64,000 bases of DNA, taken from Alphaproteobacteria bacterium (lineage in GTDB: Bacteria > Pseudomonadota > Alphaproteobacteria > UBA7887). The translations under genes and the position numbers were made by a program. The notes below the pieces were generated by a model. That model was not told the origin of the DNA, ran no database searches, and was given only the letters and a program-made list of their open reading frames with translations. Every line of letters begins with the position of its first letter. Positions within the stretch are counted from its first letter, which is position 1. Below are positions 8,188 through 19,093 of this stretch, in pieces. The stretch lies in assembly GCA_965216755.1 (NCBI GenBank), contig CBDCGL010000011.1, positions 1,920,001 through 1,984,000 on the forward strand. Reading direction: 5' to 3'.

Positions 8188-10644
8188 CTAGTACAAGCTG
8201 CTGTCAAACGATGGTGCCGCATCTGGCCGCTGGGCAGCGCCGACAGTCGTCACGCCGGGCGTCGCGGTCGTCCGCGGCTCGGTGCCAGGCCGAAACGCTT
8301 CCAGGATCACGCGTTTGCTATTTGGACCGGGCAAGACGCCGGTTTCGGCATCAATACGCACCATGCGGATGGATGGCGGAATTCGAAATGGAATGGCGGG
8401 TTCGCCCTCCAGCGCCATTTCAAAGAACGCTTTAAACACAGGCGCGGCGACGTTGGAGCCGGTTTCTTTCGGCCCCAGTGTGCGGGGTTCGTCAAATCCA
8501 ATGAAAACACCCACCACCAAATCGGGCGAGAATCCTACGAACCACGTATCAAAGCTCTCATTGGTCGTGCCGGTCTTGCCAGCCAGCGGGCGCCCCAGTG
8601 TGGAGATGCGCCGCCCGGTGCCACGGTCGACCACGCCTTTCAGAATCCACGTCAACTGAAATGCCGTCGCCGGTGACGTCAGTCGCGGTCGTGTATCAAC
8701 CAAGGTTGGCACCGCGGTCACCGCTTGTACGCCCTGGCAGCCCGTACATTCGCGTTGATCGCGCCGATAGATGGTTTGGCCGTCTCGGTCTTGGATTCTT
8801 TCGATGATGGCAGGATCTACCTGCCGTCCGCCGTTTACCAAACTGGCATAGGCCGACACCAGATTTATCAGTGTGGTTTCGCCGGATCCGAGCGCGATTG
8901 ATAGTATCCCTGGGTAATTGCCGATCCCAAATCGGCGCGCCACTTCCTGAATGCTGCCAATGCCGATCTTGTTGGCCAGCCGCACCGTCATGACATTCCG
9001 CGACTTTTCGACACCGATCCGCATCGTCGATGGACCATAGAAGTCGCGGCTATAATTCTGCGGTTTCCAAATATCCAGCCCGGGCCCCTGCTCGATCGTG
9101 AAAGGCGCGTCCAATATCAGACTCGCCGGTGTATAGCCGTGTTCCAGAGCCGACAAATACACGAAAGGTTTAAATGCCGACCCAGGCTGACGGCGCGCTT
9201 GAGTCGCCCGATTGAACTCGCTTTCTTCGAAATTCCAACCGCCCGACATCGCCAAAACACGGCCTGTATGAGGGTCCAATGCGACAATCGCGCCTTCGAT
9301 GTTCGGTTTTTGGCGAAGATCATATAGATCATCACCGATATCCGGCGCCGAATCGTCATCCGCGCTCTCGCCGTCGGCCGTGGCTTCGCCGCGCGTCTCT
9401 GGGCGCTTCTCGACCAGCACGACGTCGCCAACGGCAACAACGTCGGCGGCGCTCTCAACATCGGGGCCAACCGTCTGGTCGGGCAACCACGGCCGCGCCC
9501 ACGACAAACCGTCAAAAGGCACCCGCCCCATTTGACCGTCGGCAAAGCCGACCATCGTATCGCTGCCGTCAAATCCCAAGACGACGGCAAGGCGCCACGG
9601 CAACGGCACCGCCGGCCGCCCGACGCGCATGAGGTTCATCGGCCAGTTCGCGTCGGCGGAGATCCTTTCGATAGGCCCGCGCCAACCGTGTCGTCGATCG
9701 TAGCCAATAAGGCCTTGGCGCAAAGCGTCCACGGCGATTGACTGCAAACGGGGATTTACCGTGGTTCGGACAGAAAGCCCGCCTTCATACAGGGCATCTT
9801 CGCCATAGAGCGCGGCGATCTGACGCCGGACCTCCTCGGTGAAAAACGGCGCATCGGCGAATACTTCAGCGCCGCGCTCGCGCATCACGATCGGCTCCGC
9901 CATGGCGGACGCCGCTTCATCAGGCCGGATATATCGGTCTTCCAGCATGCGCCGCAGCACGTAGTTGCGTCGCGCCCGCGCCGATTCGGGTTGGCGCTCA
10001 GGATGATAGTTGTTCGGTCCTTTTGGCAACCCGGCCAGATATGCAATTTCCGACAGGCTCAATTCGTCAAGTGAGCGATTGAAATAGTTGATCGCGGCCG
10101 CCGCAACGCCATAGGCCCGCTGTCCAAGGAAAATCTCGTTCAAGTAGAGTTCCAGTATTTCGGCTTTAGACAGAGCCTTCTCGATCCGCAGCGCCAGCAA
10201 GGCTTCCTTGATCTTTCGTTCATAGGAAACTTCCCCGGAAAGGAGAAAATTCTTGGCGACTTGCTGGGTGATTGTCGATGCTCCGATCAATCGCCGATTG
10301 CTGCCGATGTTGGAAATGTTTTGAACCGCCGCGCGGGCAATTCCAAATATGTCGACGCCCGGATGGCGTTGGAAATTCTTATCTTCCGCGGAAATGAAGG
10401 CCTGGATCAGCCGCCTGGGCATGGCTTGAATGGGCACGAAGACGCGTTTTTCGGTTGCGAATTCAGCCAACAGGCGGCCGTCGCCCGCATGGAGCCGGGT
10501 CAGCGTTGGCGGCTCGTAGGCGGCCAATTGACTGTAGTCGGGTAGTTCACGCCCGTAGTGGTAGAGCCCCCAGAGCACAGCACCGGCAAGCACCAACACC
10601 GCGAGCACGGCGCTCGCGGCCATAAAGCCAAGAAGTCTCAGCAT
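8188..10644 (-). CDS. mrcA: Penicillin-binding protein 1A
   Basis: Transglycosylase motifs EDKNF and GASTITQQVAKN; transpeptidase motifs SAFK, SRN and KTG. Confidence 0.95.
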   Translation of the reverse strand: MLRLLGFMAASAVLAVLVLAGAVLWGLYHYGRELPDYSQLAAYEPPTLTRLHAGDGRLLAEFATEKRVFVPIQAMPRRLIQAFISAEDKNFQRHPGVDIFGIARAAVQNISNIGSNRRLIGASTITQQVAKNFLLSGEVSYERKIKEALLALRIEKALSKAEILELYLNEIFLGQRAYGVAAAAINYFNRSLDELSLSEIAYLAGLPKGPNNYHPERQPESARARRNYVLRRMLEDRYIRPDEAASAMAEPIVMRERGAEVFADAPFFTEEVRRQIAALYGEDALYEGGLSVRTTVNPRLQSIAVDALRQGLIGYDRRHGWRGPIERISADANWPMNLMRVGRPAVPLPWRLAVVLGFDGSDTMVGFADGQMGRVPFDGLSWARPWLPDQTVGPDVESAADVVAVGDVVLVEKRPETRGEATADGESADDDSAPDIGDDLYDLRQKPNIEGAIVALDPHTGRVLAMSGGWNFEESEFNRATQARRQPGSAFKPFVYLSALEHGYTPASLILDAPFTIEQGPGLDIWKPQNYSRDFYGPSTMRIGVEKSRNVMTVRLANKIGIGSIQEVARRFGIGNYPGILSIALGSGETTLINLVSAYASLVNGGRQVDPAIIERIQDRDGQTIYRRDQRECTGCQGVQAVTAVPTLVDTRPRLTSPATAFQLTWILKGVVDRGTGRRISTLGRPLAGKTGTTNESFDTWFVGFSPDLVVGVFIGFDEPRTLGPKETGSNVAAPVFKAFFEMALEGEPAIPFRIPPSIRMVRIDAETGVLPGPNSKRVILEAFRPGTEPRTTATPGVTTVGAAQRPDAAPSFDSSLY

Positions 10645-10828
10645 GTCTTACCGATGTGGAGCCCGACTTGTTCGACCAGATCTACAATCAATCTAGAGCC
10701 ATTTCAGTTGGCTGAAACGAGCCATACGCACTATCACCCGATTGGGGCGACGATATGGCACGACGTACCGGCAATCGCCGAAATTGTCCATCAAGGTTGT
10801 TACAGTCGATTGGTCGCGGGCGCGGTAC

Positions 10829-12118
10829 TCACATGCTACCAGCGATACGGGTGTCAAAATGACGGTGAACCGCACGCGCAATAGAAGTCACCAACGGCGC
10901 CCGAGATGACCGATCAACGAGCATTCTTTCGTCTTCCACGTTCGACAGAAATCCCAATTCAATCAGGATCGACGGTACGTCCGGTGCCTTCAAAACAGCA
11001 AATCCCGCCTGCCGATGCGGCTTTCGCACCGTATGCACGCCGGTGACTCGAAACTCGTCAACGACCGTGTCCGCGATATCCGACGAAACATTGTTTGTCT
11101 CGCGCTGCGCGAGATCCAACAAAATGCTGCCGACCTCGGCGGTAAACATCGTCAGATCAACGCCAGCAATAATATCGGCGCGATTTTCTTTGGCCGCTAG
11201 GGCTGCCGCCTCGGCGTCAGAAGCCTTCTCTGAGAGCGAATAGACGTGGGCGCCACGTATGGAGCGATCGTCAATCGTATCCGCGTGCAACGACAAGAAC
11301 AGATCCGCACCGCGTTCGCGCGCGATCGCAACGCGGTCACGGAGCCGCAAGAATATGTCCTGTGCGCGAGTCAGAGCCACTTGGTAGCGGCCGGTCTGTT
11401 CCAGCTTGGTCTTCAAGTCGCGGGCGACGGCCAAAGCGATATCCTTCTCATGGATACCGCCGCGTCCCGTGGCACCCGGATCGATACCGCCATGGCCCGG
11501 ATCGATGACGACAGTGAATTTGTTTCCGTCGCGCCGCGGTTTGCGCATCGGCGGTGCCACACGCGGTTGGGCAGAATCGACCGCCGGCACCGTGGCGTTA
11601 GGTCGTGCTCTTGCGGTTTCAGGCTTCGGAGGACGCACCGCCGCCGCCAAGAACGCCTCTTCGGTCACAGGCTCCAGATCGATCACCAGCCGAAACGGTC
11701 GTCCCTCGCCGGGCGGCAACACGAAATCGCGTACGATGGTCGCAGGTTGGCTCAAATCCAACACCATGCGCGAAGTGCCCGATTCGAACAGGCCATATCG
11801 AAATCCCGCCACCAACCCAACATCTTGCTGGCCCGGCTGCGGCCCAGGCGGCAACTCGAAAACCAACTGAGGAAAATCGATGACCAGGCGATTTGGTTCC
11901 GACAGCGAGAAATACGAGTAGGTTGGTGCCGACGCCGCCTCAAGCACAAAGCGCGTATGTTTAGGATGCGCCCAAGCGCGCACAGAGGTGACGCGGTTTT
12001 CACCCGCTTCCACCCGCGGCACCCAGGCAGCCACGGTGACGACTGCCATGATCAGCACGATCACCGGGCGCAAAAGGCGCCAATCTGCAAAAGTGCGAAT
12101 CGCGTCCATTGTCCTCAT
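10829..12118 (-). CDS. amiC: N-acetylmuramoyl-L-alanine amidase (AMIN + Amidase_3)
   Basis: PNRLVIDF AMIN domain; VVIDPGHGGIDPGA, FLSLHAD, PSILIELGFLSN. Confidence 0.92.
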   Translation of the reverse strand: MRTMDAIRTFADWRLLRPVIVLIMAVVTVAAWVPRVEAGENRVTSVRAWAHPKHTRFVLEAASAPTYSYFSLSEPNRLVIDFPQLVFELPPGPQPGQQDVGLVAGFRYGLFESGTSRMVLDLSQPATIVRDFVLPPGEGRPFRLVIDLEPVTEEAFLAAAVRPPKPETARARPNATVPAVDSAQPRVAPPMRKPRRDGNKFTVVIDPGHGGIDPGATGRGGIHEKDIALAVARDLKTKLEQTGRYQVALTRAQDIFLRLRDRVAIARERGADLFLSLHADTIDDRSIRGAHVYSLSEKASDAEAAALAAKENRADIIAGVDLTMFTAEVGSILLDLAQRETNNVSSDIADTVVDEFRVTGVHTVRKPHRQAGFAVLKAPDVPSILIELGFLSNVEDERMLVDRSSRAPLVTSIARAVHRHFDTRIAGSM

Positions 12119-12359
12119 TCAGTGGGCATAGAGCTCAGTGCTGCTACGCCATCTTGCTAATTTCCGCTAACCCGATGACTCTTGGGCATATATTTACCAT
12201 ATAGTTGTGTGTATCGCATGCCCTTTCCACTCCAACACGGGCAAAAAACACGGCATATCGGCCCCAAAACCCAGCGCTGCCGGCTCTTTGCAATATCTAC
12301 ATCGCCCGTTGAGCGCGATCAGACAAGTGACTATGATTGGACATTGCCACGTACCTCTA

Positions 12360-12713
12360 TTGTCCTCGGTTTGCCGTGTATCCCCCGTGGGGCCTGGGCT
12401 TGGATACCGCGAAACTGCGGGGCAACGACGGAAGCGCCCGTCGAGACGATGAGAAAACGTGGTGTGTAGCCCGGCAGCCGTCGGGTGATCTGTAAGATCA
12501 CGGAGTTTCTTAACGTGACCCCAAACCGTGCGGAGCACCGCACCGCGCAGACGGTGTATTTGCATACTGGTCCTGGAGGCCGGGTGCGGACGCGATGGCG
12601 TGCGTCTGCACCGAGCCGTCCACAGCTCGAACACGGTATTGGGGCAAACCATAACGCGACGCCGCGGGGCCAACCGGACCCTGCACGGCTGACGCGCGAA
12701 GGACCAAACCTGA
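12360..12713 (+). promoter_or_regulatory. Structured 5' leader of rne (putative)
   Basis: ~600-nt amiC-rne intergenic region with several pairings: 12485-12490/12496-12501, 12519-12530/12632-12644, 12583-12593/12602-12612. Confidence 0.45.
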
Positions 12714-15392
12714 ATGTCAACGAAAATGCTTATCGATGCGGCCCACGACGAGGAGACTCGGGTCGTTGTGTTGAAAGGGAAGTCGCTAGAAGAATTTGAC
12801 TTCGAAACCTCCACCAAACAACAGATCAAAGGAAACATTTACCTCGCTAAAGTGACACGGGTCGAACCGTCCCTGCAGGCTGCCTTTGTTGACTATGGCG
12901 GCAATCGACACGGTTTTCTGGCCTTTAGCGAAATACATCCCGATTACTACCAAATCCCCATCGCGGACCGTGAGGCCCTGATCCAGGGAGAGGGCGGCGA
13001 GGCAGATGGGAATGGCGTCAAGGCCAACGGCGAGGCCAAGAACAGCGGCGACGAAGGCGGCAACGGTAGCGTAGAGACCGTGAGTGGCGAGGAAATCGAC
13101 GAGATCTCGCGACGCCCGCCAATCCACCAGCGTTATCGCATTCAAGAAGTTATCAAGCGCCGGCAGATCATGTTGGTGCAGGTTGCCAAAGAGGAACGCG
13201 GCACCAAGGGCGCCGCGCTCACGACGTTTATCTCGCTTGCCGGGCGCTATTGCGTACTGATGCCCAACACCACCCGGGGTGGCGGGATTAGCCGGAAGAT
13301 CCAGTCTGGTGAAGCCCGCAAACGCCTGCGTGCTGTTGTCAGCGCTCTGAATTTGCCAGACGGCATGGCCGTGATTCTGCGGACGGCCGGACAAGAACGC
13401 TCCAAAGCTGAGATCAAACGTGACTATGAGTATCTGGTCAGGGTGTGGGACACCATTCGCGAACTCACCATGACCTCGACCGCGCCAGCGCCGATTTTCG
13501 AAGAAGCCAATTTGATTCGCCGCTCCATACGGGATCTCTATCGACCTGATATCGAAGAGATCTTGGTGGAGGGCGACGCTGGTTACCGCGTCGCCAAGGA
13601 GTTCATGCGAACTCTGATGCCCAGCCGCGCCAAATTGGTGCAACCCTACCGCGACGCACTCCCCCTCTTCCAGCGCTTCCAGGTTGAAAGTCAGCTCGAC
13701 GCAATGCACAGCGACACCGTGCAATTACGCTCTGGCGGCTACATTGTCATTAATCCGACCGAGGCTCTGGTTGCCATCGACGTCAATTCGGGTCGCGCAA
13801 CGAAAGAGCGCAACATCGAAGAAACGGCGACCAAAACCAACCTCGAAGCCGCAGAAGAAGTAGCCCGCCAGTTGCGCCTACGTGACTTGGCCGGATTGAT
13901 TGTGATCGATTTCATCGATATGGAGGAGTCGCGCAACTGCCGCGCTGTCGAAAAACGGTTGAAAGAAGCTGTGCGCTCTGACCGCGCACGCATTCAAATG
14001 GGTCGAATTAGTCCATTCGGGCTGCTCGAATTGTCCCGGCAGCGCCTGCGGCCTAGTCTGATCGAAGCGAGTTCGGAGATCTGCGCGACCTGCCACGGTC
14101 TGGGTCGCGTGCGTTCGGTCGAGTCGACTGCGCTGCAAGCCTTGCGCGCCGCCGAGGAAGAGTCTCTGCGCGACCGTGCCGATGAACTGTGTCTATCAGT
14201 GCCGACACCCGTGGCGTTGTATCTTTTGAACAACAAGCGGACGCTGTTATCAGAGATCGAGACCCGTTACAAACTGCAGATCCGGATCGCCGCAGACGAC
14301 GCGTTGGCACCGCCCGGGATCAAGGTCGAGGTGCTGGCCCCACGGACCACCGATGCGCCCGACGCGGTGGAGGCCAAAGAGACGGCAGACAAAATGGTTG
14401 CCGAGGCTGAACCGGAGAAAGACGGCGAAGGGCGCCGCCGCCGCTCGCGGCGACGACGCGGACGTGCCAGCGGCGAAAGCGAGACCAGCACCGAAAAGCC
14501 GGTCGAAGCCAAGGGAAACAAGGACGCTGACGCCGAAGGCGAGGCGCCTGGCGAAGACCGTGCACCGCAGCATTCCGCAGATGGCGATGGCGAACCGGGT
14601 CGTCGGCGCAGACGCGGACGGCGTGGCGGACGCCGGCGTGGGCGTGGCCGCGAGGTCCAGGCCACAGCCGACATCTCGGACGATAGCGCCGAGTCGCCAG
14701 TGGAACCACGTACCGCTGTTGCGGATCAACCAGAGACCGCGGAGCCAAGTACCGCTGCTGCGGATCAACCAGAGACCGCGGAGCCGAGTACCGCTATTGC
14801 GGATCAATCAGAGCCAGTCGCACCCGCGCCGACCGACAACGAACAATTCGCAAGCAAGCCGACGCCTGAGGACAAGCCGGCCACGACGGCGCCCAAGGCG
14901 CCCCGGCGGCGCGGACGCCGCCGCCCGGCGCCCAAGGCAGAGGCCAGTCTCGCGGCCACGGAAGATACCAAATCGCAAACCGTCGCCGCCGGCGGCGAAA
15001 CGACAGACCAAGCGGGGCCAACCGAAGTCGCAGCGGGTACCGGCGATGGCGATGCCGGGCCCAAACCCCGACGCCGGCGCGCGGCGGCGGGATCCAAGGA
15101 CGACGCGAAGGCGGCGAAGCCGAGGCGAACACCGCGCCGGCGCAGCAAGGCGACGACCAATGACGCCCCCCCACCCCCGGACACGCCCGCCGGCCCGGAT
15201 GCGGCAACGCGCCAACCGGAAGTGGTGCCAAGCCAACAGCCGGCAGCATCGGGAAATGGCAATGGCGGCGAGGCCGACCAGCGGCTCACCGATGACGCGC
15301 CGACATTGCCCGAAACCACGCCGGCCTTGCCTGGGGATTCCGACGGCCAACCTCGTCGCCGCGGCTGGTGGCAACGGATTACGGGCGCGTAG
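12714..15392 (+). CDS. rne: Ribonuclease E
   Basis: GNIYLAKVTRVEPSLQAAFVDYG, IDVNSG, RLRDLAGLIVIDFIDM, CATC Zn-link; Arg-rich disordered C-terminal half ending in the alphaproteobacterial GWW motif. Confidence 0.97.
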   Translation: MSTKMLIDAAHDEETRVVVLKGKSLEEFDFETSTKQQIKGNIYLAKVTRVEPSLQAAFVDYGGNRHGFLAFSEIHPDYYQIPIADREALIQGEGGEADGNGVKANGEAKNSGDEGGNGSVETVSGEEIDEISRRPPIHQRYRIQEVIKRRQIMLVQVAKEERGTKGAALTTFISLAGRYCVLMPNTTRGGGISRKIQSGEARKRLRAVVSALNLPDGMAVILRTAGQERSKAEIKRDYEYLVRVWDTIRELTMTSTAPAPIFEEANLIRRSIRDLYRPDIEEILVEGDAGYRVAKEFMRTLMPSRAKLVQPYRDALPLFQRFQVESQLDAMHSDTVQLRSGGYIVINPTEALVAIDVNSGRATKERNIEETATKTNLEAAEEVARQLRLRDLAGLIVIDFIDMEESRNCRAVEKRLKEAVRSDRARIQMGRISPFGLLELSRQRLRPSLIEASSEICATCHGLGRVRSVESTALQALRAAEEESLRDRADELCLSVPTPVALYLLNNKRTLLSEIETRYKLQIRIAADDALAPPGIKVEVLAPRTTDAPDAVEAKETADKMVAEAEPEKDGEGRRRRSRRRRGRASGESETSTEKPVEAKGNKDADAEGEAPGEDRAPQHSADGDGEPGRRRRRGRRGGRRRGRGREVQATADISDDSAESPVEPRTAVADQPETAEPSTAAADQPETAEPSTAIADQSEPVAPAPTDNEQFASKPTPEDKPATTAPKAPRRRGRRRPAPKAEASLAATEDTKSQTVAAGGETTDQAGPTEVAAGTGDGDAGPKPRRRRAAAGSKDDAKAAKPRRTPRRRSKATTNDAPPPPDTPAGPDAATRQPEVVPSQQPAASGNGNGGEADQRLTDDAPTLPETTPALPGDSDGQPRRRGWWQRITGA
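14711..14813 (+). repeat. 39-bp in-frame tandem repeat (~2.6 copies) in the rne disordered region
   Basis: taccgctgttgcggatcaaccagagaccgcggagccaag repeated at 14711, 14750 and partially at 14789; encodes TA(V/A/I)ADQPETAEPS. Confidence 0.9.
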
Positions 15393-15429
15393 CTGGCGCG
15401 GGCGCGGCGGCGTCCACCGCCGGCGTCAG

Positions 15430-16575
15430 TTATACATCCCAGGCCAAAATGCGTTCGGCAGCCGCGACGATATCATCGTGGTGGCCGGCGAACGATATGC
15501 GCATGAAACGATGACCACGGCGCGGATCAAAATCGACGCCGGGCGTTGTCGCCACGCCGATTTCATCTAGCATGCGCGCGCACAGCACCTGGGCGTCGTC
15601 CGTCAAGTTGGAAACATCGGCGTAGATATAAAAGGCGCCATCGGCCGGAGCCAGCCTATCGAATCCCGCGCGCGGCAAAGCATCGAGCAGAACGGCACGA
15701 TTGCGCCGATAGATCTCCACATATCCGTCGAGGACGTCACGACAAGAAAAGGCGGCCAACGCGGCCCGCTGTGGCAGGGTCGGTGGCGAAATGAACAGAT
15801 TCTGTGCCAGGCGGTCGACGCCATCGACCAGATCGGTGGGGACGATCATCCAGCCAAGCCGCCACCCGGTCATGGCAAAGTATTTTGAGAAGCTATTGGC
15901 GATGACGCAGCTTTCCGAAAGACTGGCGACGCTAACGGCATCGGCTTGATAGGTGATGCCATGATAGATCTCGTCTGATATCAGGCGGACACCCTGGCTG
16001 TCGCACCATTCGACCAGAGCGCCGAGAGCGGCGCGATCGAGCATGGTTCCGGCGGGGTTCGATGGACTGGCGATCACCAGCCCGTCGAGCGGGCCCGCTT
16101 CCGCCAACATGTCCGGCGTCGGCTGAAAGCGGTCGGCCAAGGTCGCCGCAAGCGGGACCACTTCGATGCCCAATGCCGACAGAATGTTTCGGTAAGCCGG
16201 ATAGCTGGGCTCGGCCAGGGCCACTCTGTCTCCGGTGTCAAACGCGGCCAGGAACGCCAACATAAAGGCGCCCGATGCGCCAGTCGTTACGACAATACGA
16301 TCCACCGGAATTCTAACGCCATACGTGCCTTCATAATGGCCGGCAATGGCTTCTCGCAGCCCCCTCATCCCGCACGCTTCGGTGTAACCGAGCGGCTCAT
16401 TCGCCAAGGCGTCTTGCGCCGCGGCAATGACTGCCGGTGGCGCGCCGGCGGCCGGCTCGCCGACTTCAAGGCGCAAGATATGGGCTCCGCCGGCGGCGCG
16501 AGCGTTGGCGGCTCGAAACACCTCCATCGCGTAAAACGGTGCGACCGCGCTACGGCGCGCAACTTTCAGAACCAT
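15430..16575 (-). CDS. PLP-dependent aminotransferase class I/II (aspartate aminotransferase-like)
   Basis: SPSNPAG, SDEIYHG, NSFSKYFAMTGWRLGW; usual position convergent with rne. Confidence 0.92.
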   Translation of the reverse strand: MVLKVARRSAVAPFYAMEVFRAANARAAGGAHILRLEVGEPAAGAPPAVIAAAQDALANEPLGYTEACGMRGLREAIAGHYEGTYGVRIPVDRIVVTTGASGAFMLAFLAAFDTGDRVALAEPSYPAYRNILSALGIEVVPLAATLADRFQPTPDMLAEAGPLDGLVIASPSNPAGTMLDRAALGALVEWCDSQGVRLISDEIYHGITYQADAVSVASLSESCVIANSFSKYFAMTGWRLGWMIVPTDLVDGVDRLAQNLFISPPTLPQRAALAAFSCRDVLDGYVEIYRRNRAVLLDALPRAGFDRLAPADGAFYIYADVSNLTDDAQVLCARMLDEIGVATTPGVDFDPRRGHRFMRISFAGHHDDIVAAAERILAWDV

Positions 16576-16723
16576 GATTTCCCCTATTGCAACTTGTCCC
16601 ATGGTGGCCCGTCAACGTCCGCCGCTTGCCACCAAAGATCTAGTCACAAGTTTGGACGGGTGACGTCATTGAATTGACCTGGTGTGATCGCTAGCTTTTG
16701 TCTAAGGAATCAGGAGCGCCCCA

Positions 16724-18100
16724 GTGGCATTCAATAAACTTACTATGGTCTGTGCTTGGCTCTTGGCCGTATTTCCGGCGATCGTGGCACCGGCCCACGC
16801 CCAAAAGCTATCACTCATTCGCGATTCTGAAATCGAGATGATTCTACGGGAGTGGGCGAATCCGCTGTTCGACGCCGCCGGGCTGGATCGATCGGCCGTA
16901 CGAATATTGATCGTTAACGATCAGCGGCTGAACGCCTTTGTGGCTGGTGGTCAAAACCTATTTCTGAACACCGGGCTGCTCATGTCCAGCGACGACCCGG
17001 ACCAAGTTATTGGCGTGATCGCACACGAGACTGGCCATATCGCCGGCGGCCACCTGGCGCGCACTGGCGATGCGTTGGAAAACGCACAGAACCTGTCGCT
17101 TTTGCACACACTGCTTGGTCTCGGCATCCTCGCTGCTGGTGCGGCCGCCGGCGCCAGTGGGACCACCGAAGTTGGCGGGGCCCTCATAGCCGGCGGCCAA
17201 CTCACGGGGGTTCGATCGTTCCTGCAATACACCCGGGCCCAGGAGAACGCCGCCGATCAGGCCGCGCTCACTTACCTCGATCGATCCGGCCGGACGGCGC
17301 GGGGGTTATTGACGTTCCTGGACAAACTCATCGATCAGGAGCTCTTGGTGGCAGACCGACAAGACCCGTATCTGCGCACCCATCCACTGACGCGCGACCG
17401 CATCGAGGTGATCGCGGCCCATACGGAAACGTCCGAATGGACCGACAGCATTGCCGATGCCCGCGTGCGCGATCAGCACGCGCGCATGCGCGCCAAGCTC
17501 AAAGGCTATCTCGACCGCCCACAAAGGGTCATGCGCGCTTATCCCGCCGGTGACCAAAGCTTGTACGGACGCTATGCGCGGGCAATTGCGCTGCATCGAC
17601 GATCCGATATGTCTGGCGCCCTAGCTGAAATCGACAGCCTGTTGGCGGAGCGACCGGAAGACCCGTTTTTTCATGAGATGAAGGGCCAGATCCTGCTCGA
17701 AAACGGCCGGGCAAACGACGCCATGGCCGCTTACGAAGCCGCCAATCGACTTCGGCCAGACGATCCATTGCTCCTTACCGGCTTGGCTCAAGCACAGCTC
17801 GAATCAGGTGATCCGGCCGTTACCGCACCAGCAATCGAGTCCTTGCAACGGGCGACCAGGCTAGATCAGGCCAACTCAACCTCTTGGCGTCTGCTTGCCG
17901 TGGCACATGGCCGCACCGGCGACGTCGGGGCTTCATCACTGGCCGCGGGCGAGCAAGCACTCCTCGAAGGCCGCCCGAAAGACGCGGTCTTGCATGCACG
18001 TCGCGCCGACCGAACTTATGCCGAGGGTTCGCCGGAGTGGCTGCGGGCACAAGACATACTGGAACTCGCCGAGCGACAAATCGACAATCTCAACAAGTAA
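16724..18100 (+). CDS. M48 family metalloprotease with TPR repeats (BepA/YfgC-like)
   Basis: Signal peptide; NAFVAGG, HETGH zinc motif, ENAAD, YLRTHP. Confidence 0.92.
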   Translation: MAFNKLTMVCAWLLAVFPAIVAPAHAQKLSLIRDSEIEMILREWANPLFDAAGLDRSAVRILIVNDQRLNAFVAGGQNLFLNTGLLMSSDDPDQVIGVIAHETGHIAGGHLARTGDALENAQNLSLLHTLLGLGILAAGAAAGASGTTEVGGALIAGGQLTGVRSFLQYTRAQENAADQAALTYLDRSGRTARGLLTFLDKLIDQELLVADRQDPYLRTHPLTRDRIEVIAAHTETSEWTDSIADARVRDQHARMRAKLKGYLDRPQRVMRAYPAGDQSLYGRYARAIALHRRSDMSGALAEIDSLLAERPEDPFFHEMKGQILLENGRANDAMAAYEAANRLRPDDPLLLTGLAQAQLESGDPAVTAPAIESLQRATRLDQANSTSWRLLAVAHGRTGDVGASSLAAGEQALLEGRPKDAVLHARRADRTYAEGSPEWLRAQDILELAERQIDNLNK

Positions 18101-18322
18101 TGATCAGCATAAAATCTAGCCGATCAAAAGTCTGCACTGTCTCATCCACCTGCGAACATATATTGATGTCAAAGCCCGAAGGTCAAAAGGGTGTGTAATT
18201 TGCGGCGGAGTGCAGAAAATAGCTTGTTCGCGCCAAGTGAAACTTGCATGCTAAGATAATGTGGTGCGTTTGACAGTCCCCGTATCTTAGGCTTTGTCCG
18301 CAAAATCCGGAGTGTTCGAGTC

Positions 18323-19093
18323 ATGCAATTTTCACGCCTGAAAATGGGCATTTCCAAAATCTGGCCCTTGGTCGCGATCGGTCTGGTGTTGACCCTTGGG
18401 CTCACGCCAGCATGGTCACAAGAGCAATTGACCGATGAGCAGATCGCAAATATTGAAAGTCTGATTCACAAATATATCGTCGAACACCCTGAGGTCATTG
18501 TCGAATCTGTACGCTCCTTGCGCGAACGCGAAGAGACCGCGGCGCGCGAGCGCGCGCAGCAGAACCTGGTTGATTTGCGTGAAAAACTCATCTCGGACCC
18601 GAATGCGCCAGCGGTCGGCGCTGCCGGCGCTGATGTGACGATCGTAGAGTTTTTTGACTACCGCTGCGGCTATTGTAAGGCGTCGCTGGCAGCCATACAG
18701 CAGATCTTGGACGAAGATAAGAATGTTCGCGTGGTCTTTAAGGAGTTCCCGATACTGAGCCCCGAGTCGGAGCGTGCCGCGCGCGCCGCACTGGCTGCAC
18801 ATCGGCAGGGCAAATATTTTGACTTGCACAACGCATTGATGGCGGCCCGTGGCTCATTCAGCGACGACCAAATTATGGAGATCGCCCAAGAAGTTGGCGT
18901 CGATTTGTCGGAAATGCGCCGCGACATGGACTCGCCCGAAATCCAGGCGATGCTGGATGAAAACATGGCACTGGCACAGGCACTGGATATCAGCGGCACG
19001 CCAACTTTTATCATTGGCGACTCTTTGTATCCGGGTGCCTTGGATGTGGAGACGCTGCGCGAGATGATCGCCAAACAGCGGTCATCCAGCTAG
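18323..19093 (+). CDS. DsbA-family thiol-disulfide oxidoreductase
   Basis: Signal peptide; VEFFDYRCGYCK; FKEFPIL; GTP cis-Pro loop. Confidence 0.92.
   Translation: MQFSRLKMGISKIWPLVAIGLVLTLGLTPAWSQEQLTDEQIANIESLIHKYIVEHPEVIVESVRSLREREETAARERAQQNLVDLREKLISDPNAPAVGAAGADVTIVEFFDYRCGYCKASLAAIQQILDEDKNVRVVFKEFPILSPESERAARAALAAHRQGKYFDLHNALMAARGSFSDDQIMEIAQEVGVDLSEMRRDMDSPEIQAMLDENMALAQALDISGTPTFIIGDSLYPGALDVETLREMIAKQRSSS

Noticed and set aside
7684-8676. 330-aa plus-strand ORF, and similar long antisense or alternate-frame ORFs (11246-12160, 12786-13724, 14353-15570, 41316-42356, 61583-62410)
   Set aside because: They overlap confidently identified genes, lack motifs, and are expected in high-GC DNA
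14711-14813. CRISPR-like repeat
   Set aside because: Units are contiguous with no spacers, in-frame inside rne, and there are no cas genes
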